Positions 42,858 to 53,633 of a DNA stretch of 64,000 nt are shown here, one piece after another; position 1 is the stretch's first letter, and each line of letters starts with the position of its first letter. The notes beneath the pieces are model-generated. The model had not been told where the DNA came from, ran no database searches, and saw only the letters and a program-made list of their open reading frames with translations. The position numbers and the translations under genes were made by a program. The DNA is from Savitreella phatthalungensis. Its lineage: Eukaryota. The stretch lies in NCBI GenBank assembly GCA_051599415.1, contig AP039701.1, positions 186,001-250,000 of the forward strand, given 5' to 3'.

Positions 42858-44399
42858 ATGCCCCTAGAGGCTCGCAATCACAGAAGCCCTGGTCATGATG
42901 AAGAATCTACGCCACTCCTGAATAACCGCACACGCTCCTCTACATCTAGGCATTCACAAGCCAAGTTTGTAGAGTTTGACGGAGAAGATGATCCTGAAAA
43001 CCCTCTAAATTGGACAATCCGCAAGAAAGTCATCACAACCGTTCTCTTTGCCCTCACCACACTGGGTTGTACATTTACCTCCTCCGTTTTCAGCTCAGCA
43101 CACGAGAGTGTAGCTCATCAATTCGGTATCACACCATTCGTGGCTTCTCTTGGAACAAGTCTGTATGTGCTCGCGTACGCTTTTGGGCCACTCGTATTTG
43201 CTCCAGCATCTGAGTTCCTCGGGCGGAAAGCTCCCCTGCTGACGGGCTATGGCCTGTTTGCGCTGAGTCAGATCATCGTCGCCACTGCACAGCATCCAGC
43301 AGCAATCTTTGTTGGGAGAGCTCTGGGAGGATACTTTTCTTCAGCTCCACTCGGTATCATGTCCGGAGCTATGGCAGACATCTGGCCTGTTGAGACGCGT
43401 GGTGCGGCGATCGCAATCTTTGCAGCGACCAACTTCATCGGTCCCGGTGCAGCGCTGCCTGTCGGCAGTTTGATCGTCAGCAAGTACGATTGGCACATGA
43501 TTGAGTGGCTTGTCTTTGCGTATGCCGCGAGCATGACCATTATAGACTGGCTCTTCCTGCCCGAGACCATGGCAGACGTCATTCTCAAGCGCAAGGCTCA
43601 AAAGCTACGCAAGCAACCTGGTACTGATCAGACTCAAATCGCAAAGATTGAGGAGAAAGAATTCACAGTGGGTTATGTCACGAGAACATACCTCTCTCGC
43701 CCCTCGGTCATGCTTGCTACCGATCCAATCATTCAATGCTTCTCCTTCTTTTCAGCCTTCACCTTTGGCATTCTATATTTATCTTTCGTGGCATTTCCGC
43801 TCGACTTCAAGCAGGAACGCGGCTGGAGTCAATTGCAAGCATCTCTGCCAAACATTGCAATCATCATTGGCGTTCTAATCGGACTCATCATTGCTCTTCT
43901 CTGGCAGCCGAGATACAACAAGGCAGTACGAGAAAATGACGGCAAGCCGGTCCCGGAGATGCGCCTGCCTCTGCTTGTCACGGGCGCAGCGCTTTTCCCA
44001 ATCGGACTTCTCACTTTTGCCATGGCTGCACCCGAAAGTGTGCCGTGGCAAGTGACTGTGCTAGGCATTGTCCTCGTTGGCGCTAGTATCTACCTTGTCT
44101 TCTACCCCTCCCTCAGCTACCTGGTCGATACCTTCCAAAGCATGACCGCTAGTGCTGTGGCGGCGAATACGGTGATTCGCTCGACCTTTGGCGCTGCTCT
44201 ACCACTCATCGGGCAGAAGCTTTTTGCCGCTGTCGGGATTAAAACAGGAATGCTCATCCTGGCTGGTGTAGCACTGATTCTACTCCCACTTGCCCTTCTC
44301 TTTCTCCGGTACGGTGAACGTATCCGACATAAATCGAAATTCGCTCCGACTAACGACAAGTCTCACGATGACCAAGACGACGATAATGACGACGACTAG
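42858..44399 (+). CDS. MFS transporter, DHA1 drug:H+ antiporter family
   Basis: 'DDPENPLNW', 'GPLVFAPASEFLGRK', 'PET', 'PEMRL'; about 12 TMs. Confidence 0.93.
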   Translation: MPLEARNHRSPGHDEESTPLLNNRTRSSTSRHSQAKFVEFDGEDDPENPLNWTIRKKVITTVLFALTTLGCTFTSSVFSSAHESVAHQFGITPFVASLGTSLYVLAYAFGPLVFAPASEFLGRKAPLLTGYGLFALSQIIVATAQHPAAIFVGRALGGYFSSAPLGIMSGAMADIWPVETRGAAIAIFAATNFIGPGAALPVGSLIVSKYDWHMIEWLVFAYAASMTIIDWLFLPETMADVILKRKAQKLRKQPGTDQTQIAKIEEKEFTVGYVTRTYLSRPSVMLATDPIIQCFSFFSAFTFGILYLSFVAFPLDFKQERGWSQLQASLPNIAIIIGVLIGLIIALLWQPRYNKAVRENDGKPVPEMRLPLLVTGAALFPIGLLTFAMAAPESVPWQVTVLGIVLVGASIYLVFYPSLSYLVDTFQSMTASAVAANTVIRSTFGAALPLIGQKLFAAVGIKTGMLILAGVALILLPLALLFLRYGERIRHKSKFAPTNDKSHDDQDDDNDDD

Positions 44400-44674
44400 T
44401 TTGCCCCCAATCACGCTTTGCTCTTTCATATGTACAGTCACCATGCTCATAGTCATAGTCCTTCCAACCATCCTTGACACTACAATCATGAAGACCATCA
44501 TCCATTTCACCCTGTGCATTTGCGGAAATTCATGTCTCTAGCTAAATGACCTCATATGCATCCCACCTTTCCCCACACTATCCCGTCAAATTTTCTAAAC
44601 TCTTTACTCCATGCTGGAAATGCAAAGTACAAGACCACGAGCAGTCGGCCAGTCTACCGACCAAGTCAGACAAC

Positions 44675-45718
44675 ATGAGCAAAGTCCTCATCACTGGCGC
44701 AGCGGGCTTTCTCGGGAGAGAGCTTGCGCGATTCCTGCTATCCCAGGAGACCTCGCTCGATATCGCTCAGGTCGGCCTGACAGATGTGTGTGATGCTCCT
44801 CCAGAGCTCTCTGACCTCGACGCCCGTGCCTCCTTCCACAAAGCCAACATTGTGGAATCCCCGGAACTGCTAGATGACCTCATTACCCCCGAGACAGATA
44901 TCGTTTACATTCTGCACGGTATCATGTCCTCGCAATCAGAAGCAGACTTCGACCTTGGCTTCGCTGTCAACGTGACCTCTGTCCTCGCTGTCCTCAACAA
45001 GATCCGTGCATGTTCATCCGAGCGAGTGGATCGCGGAGAACAGCTGTGCAAGGTGGTTTTGACGAGCTCGGTGGCGGTGTTTGGTGGAGTGAGCGTACTG
45101 CCGGAGGTTGGCCCATCAGAGCTGAATGCTGCGACGCCAGAGTCATCTTACGGCACTGCGAAACTGACCTGCGAGCTCTGGATTCAAGACTTCTCTCGTC
45201 GGCGGTATCTGAACGGAATCGCGGTCAGAGTGCCAACGGTGACGATCAGGCCAGGGAAGCCGACAGGGGCGGCATCGAGCTATGTGTCTGGTGTGCTCAG
45301 GGAGCCGCTCCAGGGGCTGGCCAGTGTATGTCCTGTGAGTCCGGAGACGAAGGCGTGGGTATGCTCGCCGCGGGTCGTCATTCGGAACCTGGCACACGCA
45401 ATCCGTGTCCTAGAACGCCCTGAAACACACCTTCCCAAATACTCACGCACGCTCAACCTCCCGGGCACGACCATTTCCGTTACAGAACAGCTAGAAGCCC
45501 TCAGCGCAGTCGAGCCATCAGCCAGGAGTCTTGTCACCTTCTCCAATGACAAGGCAGTGCAGAACATCGTGGACACTTGGGCAACCAAGGTAGATTGTCG
45601 TCTGGCGGATTCTCTTGGATTCGAGCCTGCAGATCCACTCGATCGCACGCTTGCAGACTTCATCGCCACACTCCCGCAACGGAGTACGGAAACCTTAACT
45701 TCCCGCCACGCCGCCTAG
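44675..45718 (+). CDS. NAD-dependent epimerase/dehydratase, extended SDR (DenD/D-erythronate dehydrogenase-like)
   Basis: TGAAGFLG, 'SEADFDLG', TSSVAVFG, SYGTAK (YxxxK), 'IRPGKPTGAASS', 'REPL'; likely start MSKVLITG at 44675. Confidence 0.88.
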   Translation: MSKVLITGAAGFLGRELARFLLSQETSLDIAQVGLTDVCDAPPELSDLDARASFHKANIVESPELLDDLITPETDIVYILHGIMSSQSEADFDLGFAVNVTSVLAVLNKIRACSSERVDRGEQLCKVVLTSSVAVFGGVSVLPEVGPSELNAATPESSYGTAKLTCELWIQDFSRRRYLNGIAVRVPTVTIRPGKPTGAASSYVSGVLREPLQGLASVCPVSPETKAWVCSPRVVIRNLAHAIRVLERPETHLPKYSRTLNLPGTTISVTEQLEALSAVEPSARSLVTFSNDKAVQNIVDTWATKVDCRLADSLGFEPADPLDRTLADFIATLPQRSTETLTSRHAA

Positions 45719-45788
45719 ATAACGACAGATAATATTAATGTCAAAGGTCTCTTACATGATATGTATGCGGGTATAGTGATGTCTCGAT

Positions 45789-46601
45789 TCAATCAAAGCC
45801 AAGTCTGTGGATGGTGGTCTCGTCCTTGCAGGCATCGAGTCCTGCGGGACTCGAGAGCTTGTCCCACCAGGTGAAGAGGAATGTCTCGCAGATGAGCTTG
45901 AACCAGGGCGTGTATGTGAGGTTGTCTGGGTTGTGAGCAAACATGTCGCGGAGCTCTGCCTGGGACACCCACCGCGTGTCCCTGACCTCGTTCGGGTTGA
46001 TGTCGGTGTTCGGTCTGCCGTGCGGGTGCTGGAGGAAGAGGATGTAGTCAATCTCGTGCTCGCCCCAGACGCCATCGCTCGGTGCGACGTAGTGAATCCT
46101 CGTGAGGTACGTCATCCCCGCCACCGGTGCATCAGACGCAGCAATACCAAGCTCGTGCGCCACCTTCCGCTGCGCAGCGCGCTTCACACCGAGCACCGAA
46201 GACGCAAGGTCCCCTGACACTCCTTGCTCCTCAGGACAAGCGAGCGGATGGGAGCAGCATGTGTTTGTCCACATATCCGGGAACGTGATCTTCTCGCTAG
46301 CCCGCTGCTGTAGCAGCAGATTCCCAGCACCGTCAAACAAGAAGAGCGAGAAGGCACGATGCAGCAATCCCTTCTCGATGTTGCTCATCAGGTGGCAGTC
46401 CTTCTTGCTAGCTGTCCCAGTCACACCGTCATCCCGGTCAAGCACAATGCAAACTTCCTCCATCAATCGAATCTGCTCAGCATCGTATGTTGCGGAAGTC
46501 AGATCCGTCGTGTCAAGGGACAGCCCGCCGGCAGATGTGGAAGAGTTGGTCACCGATTGGCCTTGAGCCTGAGTCTGGGTCTGTGTTTGCGCAGTCGTCA
46601 T
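45789..46601 (-). CDS. IDI1: Isopentenyl-diphosphate delta-isomerase
   Basis: LLHRAFSLFLF, QQRASEKITFP, TNTCCSHPL, WGEHEIDYIL. Confidence 0.97.
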   Translation of the reverse strand: MTTAQTQTQTQAQGQSVTNSSTSAGGLSLDTTDLTSATYDAEQIRLMEEVCIVLDRDDGVTGTASKKDCHLMSNIEKGLLHRAFSLFLFDGAGNLLLQQRASEKITFPDMWTNTCCSHPLACPEEQGVSGDLASSVLGVKRAAQRKVAHELGIAASDAPVAGMTYLTRIHYVAPSDGVWGEHEIDYILFLQHPHGRPNTDINPNEVRDTRWVSQAELRDMFAHNPDNLTYTPWFKLICETFLFTWWDKLSSPAGLDACKDETTIHRLGFD

Positions 46602-47072
46602 CGCGAGAGCGTAAGAAGAAGCTTCAACGGCGTGATGCGCTTGAAAGAGCGTGGATTACTGGCCTTTTGAGGCAAGGGGACCCTCCAAAGGATCTTCCGG
46701 AGAGGTATGGTATACCAGGGTAACCTGACAGAGCTTCCCCATATATGCAATATTGAGTATCGATATTGATATCAATTAAATTTTCTCCTGCTTCGTGGAC
46801 GCGTTCTAGACAAACTTTAAATATTGTATTCTCCTAACGCGTCGACCATCACATACGACGGCCAACAGAGGAAGTCGGGTTCAAGACCCTTGGCTGAGCA
46901 GTAGCAAGAGTCTGCATCTCCAATCAGTCACAGCTGACCTGAAGCTCTCTGCTAGTTGGCTAGTTCGTGATTCGTCAGGAGGGCTGTTGAATTTGTGCTG
47001 TCATTATCTATCATGTCTTGCCACCTGCCTGCGTGTTTCCCTGCCTGTGCTTGTTCTTCGAAGTCTACAGTG

Positions 47073-47720
47073 CTAGTCATCATCAGTGCCATGGCTATCA
47101 GTCTCCTGATCATCAGCATCGAGTTCTGCCTGCAATGGACTTTCCCGCGATTCCAGCTCGTCCATGTCTTCCAGCTGCTGCCTGGTCAGCATTGGCGGTA
47201 AAGCCATCTCGAAGACTCTCGGCTGAGTCAGGAGCATATCGATGTAGGTGTCCATATACTCGAGGGTGTAGCCCTCGCCAGCACGGACGCGGAGCTTCCG
47301 ATAATCCGTCATGAGTGGCTCGAGCGTTAGGTAGACTTCCTTCTCGGGGAATGTCAGTCGGATCACAAACGCCGCGAGAGCACGCAGGTACTTGAACGTC
47401 TCGTCTTGTAAGTACGCCAGAAGGATCTCCCGCGCCGGAAACAACTGCAGGAATTTTAACGCCAGGCAGACAAACTCTGTCGGTTTGTTGCGCGAAGCTC
47501 CATGTGAACCGCCCACGCAGTCGAGCGCAACTGCCCTGTCGAGTATCGTCGCTGCGTCCAGGCCAAAGCACTGGTCTCGGTAGTAAAGCGAATCGAGTAT
47601 ACGTTCCCGGACAATCTTCTCAATCAAGAAAGCCGGATTCTTTCCATGAACCAGTGCATCTGCATCCTCCTGACCACGCGCTCGGAAGAAGGGCTCAATT
47701 GGACGCTTCTCAGTCGCCAT
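47073..47720 (-). CDS. PRP38: Pre-mRNA splicing factor Prp38
   Basis: 'HGKNPAFLIEKIVRERI', 'FKYLRALAAF', 'LEPLMTDYRKLR'. Confidence 0.95.
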   Translation of the reverse strand: MATEKRPIEPFFRARGQEDADALVHGKNPAFLIEKIVRERILDSLYYRDQCFGLDAATILDRAVALDCVGGSHGASRNKPTEFVCLALKFLQLFPAREILLAYLQDETFKYLRALAAFVIRLTFPEKEVYLTLEPLMTDYRKLRVRAGEGYTLEYMDTYIDMLLTQPRVFEMALPPMLTRQQLEDMDELESRESPLQAELDADDQETDSHGTDDD

Positions 47721-48017
47721 ACCGTCAGCTAGACATCATGACTCACCCAATCGAAGATGCGGTCCTGCTGCTTGGCTGCGCTTTGATGCTTCGTGATCTT
47801 CGGTGAGCTGTACTGCTAATAGATCGATCTTCGTTGGATAGCTTGAGACCCTCTGCAACAGTGGATTTGGTGGAGCCGGTTACTCATTAAACCTGGCTCA
47901 CATACACACGAAAGAAGGCACCACGACCTCATATATCGCGTTCAAAGGACGAGCAAAGGCACGCTCTCTGTCAACAGCAATCGTCCTCATGCTTGCAGAA
48001 CAGAATACCACTGACCT

Positions 48018-48614
48018 ATGACGGCGGGTGAAGCAGATGAGCCTCTGCTTATTCGCGTGGCTTTGAGCACCAACATCAATAAGACCGTCACGCGAATCGA
48101 AGGCGCACTCGCCCACGGACGCGTTGCCCAACTCGAAGGGGCGAGTAAGGCGATCTCGAAGACTATCACAATCGCAGAAATCGTCAAGCGAAATGTTCCC
48201 AACGTCCAGCAGACCAATACGTTGGAGCGATCTATCATCAACGACAGAAGTGAAACAACAATGAGCAGTGGTAAGTCACGTGTCAAGATGGACGGGATGT
48301 CGTCTGTGGCAGTGAATCTGCCGGTATCGCCACATGAGCAAGGTGAAGGGGAGCGCAATTCTGAAGAAGGACATCCGCTTACACTTTCCGAAGAAGACGA
48401 CAGCTTCCGCGTTCCCCCGCAGCGGGTACGGCAAAGCCCCGGTGATGACGATGATCCAGCCGTTAGGAGGACCGTGCCACACGGCATGAGCAAGCACCGA
48501 TCATTCCAACCCCTTCTAAAAATCGAACTCGCACCAGCAAGCATATCAAATGAAGATGCCATGGATGCAGGGACAAGGGTCATCATCGAAGACTCCTCCA
48601 CAACACGAAGCTGA
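48018..48614 (+). CDS. Alba-like nucleic-acid-binding protein (Rpp25/Alba-type)
   Basis: 'LEGASKAISKTITIAEIVKR' matches the Alba G-x-A-I-x-K-x-I-x-x-A-E-I-x-K-R core; the C-terminus is low-complexity. Confidence 0.7.
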   Translation: MTAGEADEPLLIRVALSTNINKTVTRIEGALAHGRVAQLEGASKAISKTITIAEIVKRNVPNVQQTNTLERSIINDRSETTMSSGKSRVKMDGMSSVAVNLPVSPHEQGEGERNSEEGHPLTLSEEDDSFRVPPQRVRQSPGDDDDPAVRRTVPHGMSKHRSFQPLLKIELAPASISNEDAMDAGTRVIIEDSSTTRS

Positions 48615-48830
48615 TTGAAAACGGAATTTGAATAGAGAACAGATTCCATGCTTGCTTACTACCTTCAAACAAGACATGACTAAGCGCGCAGCGACATTGA
48701 TCCTGAGACACGTCGATCTTGAGAAGAGATTGTCCAGGTCGACGACAAAACCCGTCTGTCGTTTATTTGACTGATGTGATTATAGCGCTGAACGCCAGGT
48801 GCTGCGCATACTTAGACACAGCACCAAAGA

Positions 48831-48866
48831 GACTCGAGCTGGATTCGAGCTAGACTCGAGCTAGAC
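48831..48866. repeat. Short 11-nt tandem repeat x3
   Basis: gactcgagctg gattcgagcta gactcgagcta gac. Confidence 0.6.
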
Positions 48867-50211
48867 CGCAGCTGCATGAGTCTGTATGGCTGTTGAGCTT
48901 CGCTTTGCTTTGGCTTGCTTGGTTGGGTGCTTGCTGGTGGAGGAAGACGAGCTCTTGGGGGAGTCACAATCTGAGAAGAGTGAAGATGAGGGGCTTATTG
49001 CTGCGCTTCAGTCAATTGCAATACTTCGCCACAAGAAGTTTAAATTTTGAACTTTCAACAAATGCTTCTCAAAAGTGAATTATTCCGCTTCAAACCTCGC
49101 CAGGCAGGAGTAAAGGTACTGACTGAGGTTGAGGATACCTTCCAACGCCACTGCCGCCATCGATCCTCTCTTGTTCCCTGCCCGCATAGCAGCGGCCATC
49201 CTATACTCTACCATACAGGCAATGACGTTCAATCATCAGCTTCTACTCACACGTACTCCGACCGCTTCGACCGCAAAGTGATCACCGTTGGAAATACTCC
49301 GGAGTGTTCATCAAATAGGCGTTTGCCATCATATTCATGTCAACATGTGAGTAGTACGGCGCTACGGCTATTATGCGTGCTTAGCTCTCGTCCCTCAGCT
49401 ACCAAGTTCCCCTCACGAGCACGTTGTCCTGTCCTCTGGATCACAGCACCGAGCTCGATCTGGAACGCGACCATCTGAGGCTTAGTCTACATCAACGTGC
49501 GCATACGAGTCTATTCACTCGCACACCAGGCTTTCTACGGGAACACATCCATGGGCAGACAAGCCAGTAGAGTCCATCACATACTCGTGCGTGGCTCAGC
49601 CGGCAACGTTCAGCGATGTGCTTTCAGCGACACTGGTTGGTCGTGTCGATATCCTTGAGAACATCGTTCACCTTCACTGAAAGTGTTCCCATACCACTGA
49701 ACCATGCGCAGTGCAGCACAGCCGCCAACGCCATTGTCGCTATCTACGAACGCACACATTGGCTGAATTAGCCTGCGTGCCTGAGTTTCCATTCATACCC
49801 GCGGGTAAATGCACATCGCTCAGGCTACTCCACGCGCATCATACCGCGAAGCTTATTCCCCGAGGACCATGTAGTCCTGCGGAGACTCCAAAGTCCGGTG
49901 TGCTTGCGTCAAGCCTACGAGGCTCCGCTTGACGATCTTCTCGTGCTTCACATTCCGAGCCTCGTAGATTAACATTTCCCGGTGTGTTGTCATCGTACAG
50001 CTCTTACTGATGAGGGCGCAGGCTTTGGAGCATCGTCGCCTATGTTGACCCGCTCCAAGAATAGCATCACGAGCGTCATGCCGAAGCCTAACGGCGACAA
50101 CAAGGACAGGACGATATATAAAGACTCACGCCTAGCACCTTGTACGAGTTCACTAAGACATTCGCTGGACGCAGCCACCACGACAGCATCTACATTGAGG
50201 ACCCCATTGCA

Positions 50212-51825
50212 ATGCACAGCTTCCTCCTCGTGACTGCTTCGGCAGTCCTTGCAGCTTCTGCTGGAACTTTGCCTGAGCTCGAAAAGCGTCAGGCTCCACC
50301 ACTCTTTGCCTCTGGAGGCGAAACTACACTAGCACAGCGTGCAACCTTCCTCTGCCCAGCCGGCATCGATGGCGCTTTGCCGCTGAACACGACTCACGAG
50401 TTCGGCCTGCGTTTCTGCAGCAACGTTGACAGATGGTCTCCGAACGATCTGTTCTCCTCCCAACCCCTCCTGAACGTCGGCTCACGCAACTACCGTGGCG
50501 CAGCTGCTCAATGCGCACCTCGTTGTGCGTCGTTCCCTCAGTGCGAGACCTTCTCGATCACCTCGATTGGCACACCAACCAACTCGTCTTTCAACTGCAA
50601 CCTCTACAACAGGACAACAATTTTCCGTGGCAACACCACGGGCGGTCTGTTCTACGCTCGTCAACGCAATCAGACAATCCCACAGCCATCCACTGTCACT
50701 CAGGTCCGCACGACCTGCCCCGTTGCACCGACGACTAACGCCGGCGTTGCTCCTGGTCTTTCCACGATTCGGAACCCAACTGCAACGCTGACGCAGTTCC
50801 CAGTTGTCGTCGTCATCCAGTCTCGTACTGTGACGGTGACCGCGGCAACGCAGACCATCACACGAACGACCACGATCGGCAACGCCGGAGCTGCACCGAC
50901 TGTGATCCAGTCTGCGGCACCGATCAACGTCTTTATTGGCCAGACTGGCCCAATCCAGGTCACCCAGATTGTCAACAATATCGTCACTGTGATTGTGGTG
51001 ATTGTCAACGGTGATCTTTCTCGCCCTACCACGACCTCGACTGTCCAGGCTGCTCCATCGGCAACCAACTCCTTCACACGCCCTGCCAACAGCGTGACGG
51101 AGTTCCAGTCTGTGCGACGACCCGCATTCGCCTTCATTCTGTCATTCGCGTCGAACGTGCAGCGCTGGTCTGCTGACCGATTGACGTCGTCGACCCCAAT
51201 CGCCGACTCGACCTATGCAGCAGCTGCACGGGAGTGCTCTGCACGATGTGACCAGGCTGCCAACTGCCAGGCCTTCTCTGTTGCACCCACCACCGCCGGC
51301 GGCTCGACCTTCAACTGCAACCAGTACGACGTCGCCCAGGTCGCCAACGGTAACACCAACGGCGGCCTCTTCTACGCCCGCACAGAGAACCGTGCCTCCC
51401 AAGCAGGCGGCAACCCGCAATGTCTCGGTGCCGTGACGCCCGTGAACTCTGGGACGACGACGTTCTTTAGGGAGTTCTGCGCCCAGAACTCTCGCTACAG
51501 CCCTGCTGTGCTGATTTCGGGAACTGTGGTGACAGGGTCACGCGAAGGTTCGGCTGAACCGATCGTTGGGGCAGTCAGGACCTGTGCTGCCAACTGCGCG
51601 AACGCACTGCCGCAGAATACCTGCAGGACTTTCTCAGTCACCTACACGGACGGTCCGAACGTCGTCGCCGCCATCGACGGCATCCCGCAACCAATCAACT
51701 TCAACTGCAACCTCTACAGAAACGACCCGGCAACAGGAGACGTCCCAACGATCAACGCACAGACTAACGGCGGCGCATTCTACAGGCGTCTGATTGCATC
51801 CAACGCCACCATGACCGCCAGGTAG
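50212..51825 (+). CDS. Secreted protein with three Cys-containing PAN/apple-like repeats and a Thr/Val-rich linker
   Basis: Signal peptide MHSFLLVTASAVLAASA, Kex2-like LEKR|Q, and three repeats of C-x3-C..C-x2-FS..FNCN-x-Y..GG-x-FY-x-R; TATATAAA at about 50115. Confidence 0.85.
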   Translation: MHSFLLVTASAVLAASAGTLPELEKRQAPPLFASGGETTLAQRATFLCPAGIDGALPLNTTHEFGLRFCSNVDRWSPNDLFSSQPLLNVGSRNYRGAAAQCAPRCASFPQCETFSITSIGTPTNSSFNCNLYNRTTIFRGNTTGGLFYARQRNQTIPQPSTVTQVRTTCPVAPTTNAGVAPGLSTIRNPTATLTQFPVVVVIQSRTVTVTAATQTITRTTTIGNAGAAPTVIQSAAPINVFIGQTGPIQVTQIVNNIVTVIVVIVNGDLSRPTTTSTVQAAPSATNSFTRPANSVTEFQSVRRPAFAFILSFASNVQRWSADRLTSSTPIADSTYAAAARECSARCDQAANCQAFSVAPTTAGGSTFNCNQYDVAQVANGNTNGGLFYARTENRASQAGGNPQCLGAVTPVNSGTTTFFREFCAQNSRYSPAVLISGTVVTGSREGSAEPIVGAVRTCAANCANALPQNTCRTFSVTYTDGPNVVAAIDGIPQPINFNCNLYRNDPATGDVPTINAQTNGGAFYRRLIASNATMTAR

Positions 51826-52022
51826 CCTTTGGATCAAATGAGATGGTAGAATACCGTAACCTCCTAAGCTATAGTCAATACACCTAATCACGAACACAGA
51901 TTGGATCGAGTTTTTTTGATCAAAGGTAAAAGGATTTTGGTATGTGATGATTGTGGTGATGATGATGATGGGACAAACGAACATTTAGGAGGGAATTGTG
52001 TGTGTAAGTTGGGAGAAGGAAT

Positions 52023-52922
52023 CTACTTTGGTGGGTTGTAGACGATCTTTCTGGTCTTGATAGGTGCCCACTTGAATCGCTTTATCCAGATTGAGAGTCC
52101 GAATAGGATAGTGAGGAGGGTGACTGCCTGGAATCCCATCTTCTTTCGCTCGTCGTGCTCTGGCTCTGCGGCCCACTGGAGGAAGGAGACGACGTCCTTG
52201 GCCATCTGGGAGGTGGTAGCGGGCGTGCCGTCATCGTACTCGACAAGGCCATCGTACAGGACACGTGCCATGGCGATACCGGTGCCGGGGAAGTACGGGT
52301 TGAAGTTCATGCCCTCGGCCAGGTGGAGGCCTGCAGGAGGGTCGACGTAGCCCGTGATGAGTGAGAAGATGTAGTCTGCGCCACCGTGGCGTGCCTTTGT
52401 GATGAGGGACAGGTCCGGGGGCAGTGCGCCAGCGTTGCCAGCGCGCGCAGCCTCGTCGTTCGGGTAAGGCCGTGGCATGTAGTCAGACAGCTTTCCAGGC
52501 CTCTGGAACGTCTCGCCGTTGTCGTCAGGACCATCCTCGTACTCGACCTCCTCGCACATCGCCTTTGCCTCGTCCACCGTGTGTGTCACACCCACCAGGT
52601 TACGCCAGGCGATCCGGTCGAGCGAGTGGCATGCAGAACACACCTCACGGTATACCTGGTACCCGCGACGGAGCGACTGGTGGTCGTACGTCGACAGCAT
52701 CCCATCCTGAGGCCACGGGTAGTGGGGTGAGTGCAGACCGACCTCCGCTGGTGAGTTTGCAGACACAGAAGGCATCCCGTACACGTACGTGTACGTGCCG
52801 GCAGTCGCGAGCGACGCAAGCGTTGCTGCCGCAAGGCCAGCGTTCGAAGATGCTGCCTTCGACGCCGAAGAAGCAAATGAGCGACGCATCGCCCCTGCCA
52901 CCTTCGGTACGCGAGCGAACAT
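52023..52922 (-). CDS. CYT1: Cytochrome c1, mitochondrial
   Basis: 'RRGYQVYREVCSACH' (CxxCH), 'PPDLSLI', 'AKDVVSFL..AAEPEHDERK', C-terminal TM. Confidence 0.98.
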   Translation of the reverse strand: MFARVPKVAGAMRRSFASSASKAASSNAGLAAATLASLATAGTYTYVYGMPSVSANSPAEVGLHSPHYPWPQDGMLSTYDHQSLRRGYQVYREVCSACHSLDRIAWRNLVGVTHTVDEAKAMCEEVEYEDGPDDNGETFQRPGKLSDYMPRPYPNDEAARAGNAGALPPDLSLITKARHGGADYIFSLITGYVDPPAGLHLAEGMNFNPYFPGTGIAMARVLYDGLVEYDDGTPATTSQMAKDVVSFLQWAAEPEHDERKKMGFQAVTLLTILFGLSIWIKRFKWAPIKTRKIVYNPPK

Positions 52923-53465
52923 GGTGTTTAGAGAATAGATAAAAAAGAGAAAAGGGGGTGAGTCGTCAGCTGAAGAGCAGGTGCACGGTAGACTGAAGAC
53001 TCTCTTCAGAGAGAGAGAGTGTGTAGAGAGAGAGTAGAGGTGATTGTGGGCTGCTGACTACTGACTGAGGAGTGCTGACTGCTGACCCATGTCGGAGAGT
53101 GTTCGACGGGGGGGAATTACCATCGCGACCTGTGCCGAAGCAGCAGCAGTAGCAGCAGGAGTACAATTGGTAGCAGTAGCAAACAATACAAAAATTGAAA
53201 AAAAAATCAAATAGAAAATGTGCTGACCATTTGAATGATTCTTATTTGTCGATACCACCAACATTCAATGTTTGTATAATTCGTTAGGGATGAGGTATAG
53301 TATTCAGATGAATTGAACACTATATTATTATATCTCAGCGTAAGCACATTCTAATAGCAATATACACGTGCTGAGCCTCATCCCTTTTGAATATACACGT
53401 GCACGAGGGTGCAGACACTCACGTGGAGAGGGTGAGAGACATGGTCACCTCTCTTCCTGTACAAC

Positions 53466-53508
<43 letters not shown>

Positions 53509-53555
53509 CGACGATGATGACGATGATGATGACGATGATGATGACGATGATGATG
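53466..53555. repeat. (GAT/GAC)n trinucleotide microsatellite, about 30 units, in the eEF2 3' region
   Basis: Directly visible atgatgatg...gacgatgatg run. Confidence 0.95.
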
Positions 53556-53633
53556 GAAAGAATCTGATTCAATGTATGGATGATTGTTGGTGAACGTCTT
53601 TTCTCCTTTCGACTGGACTGGACTAAGACTGGT

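Noticed and set aside
46860..46900. GGGTTCAAGACCC resembling a tRNA T-arm
   Set aside because: The T-stem pairs only 3 bp, and there is no matching 5' acceptor strand, D-arm or anticodon arm upstream
53378..53593. Poly-Asp / poly-Ile ORFs
   Set aside because: Translations of the (GAT)n microsatellite
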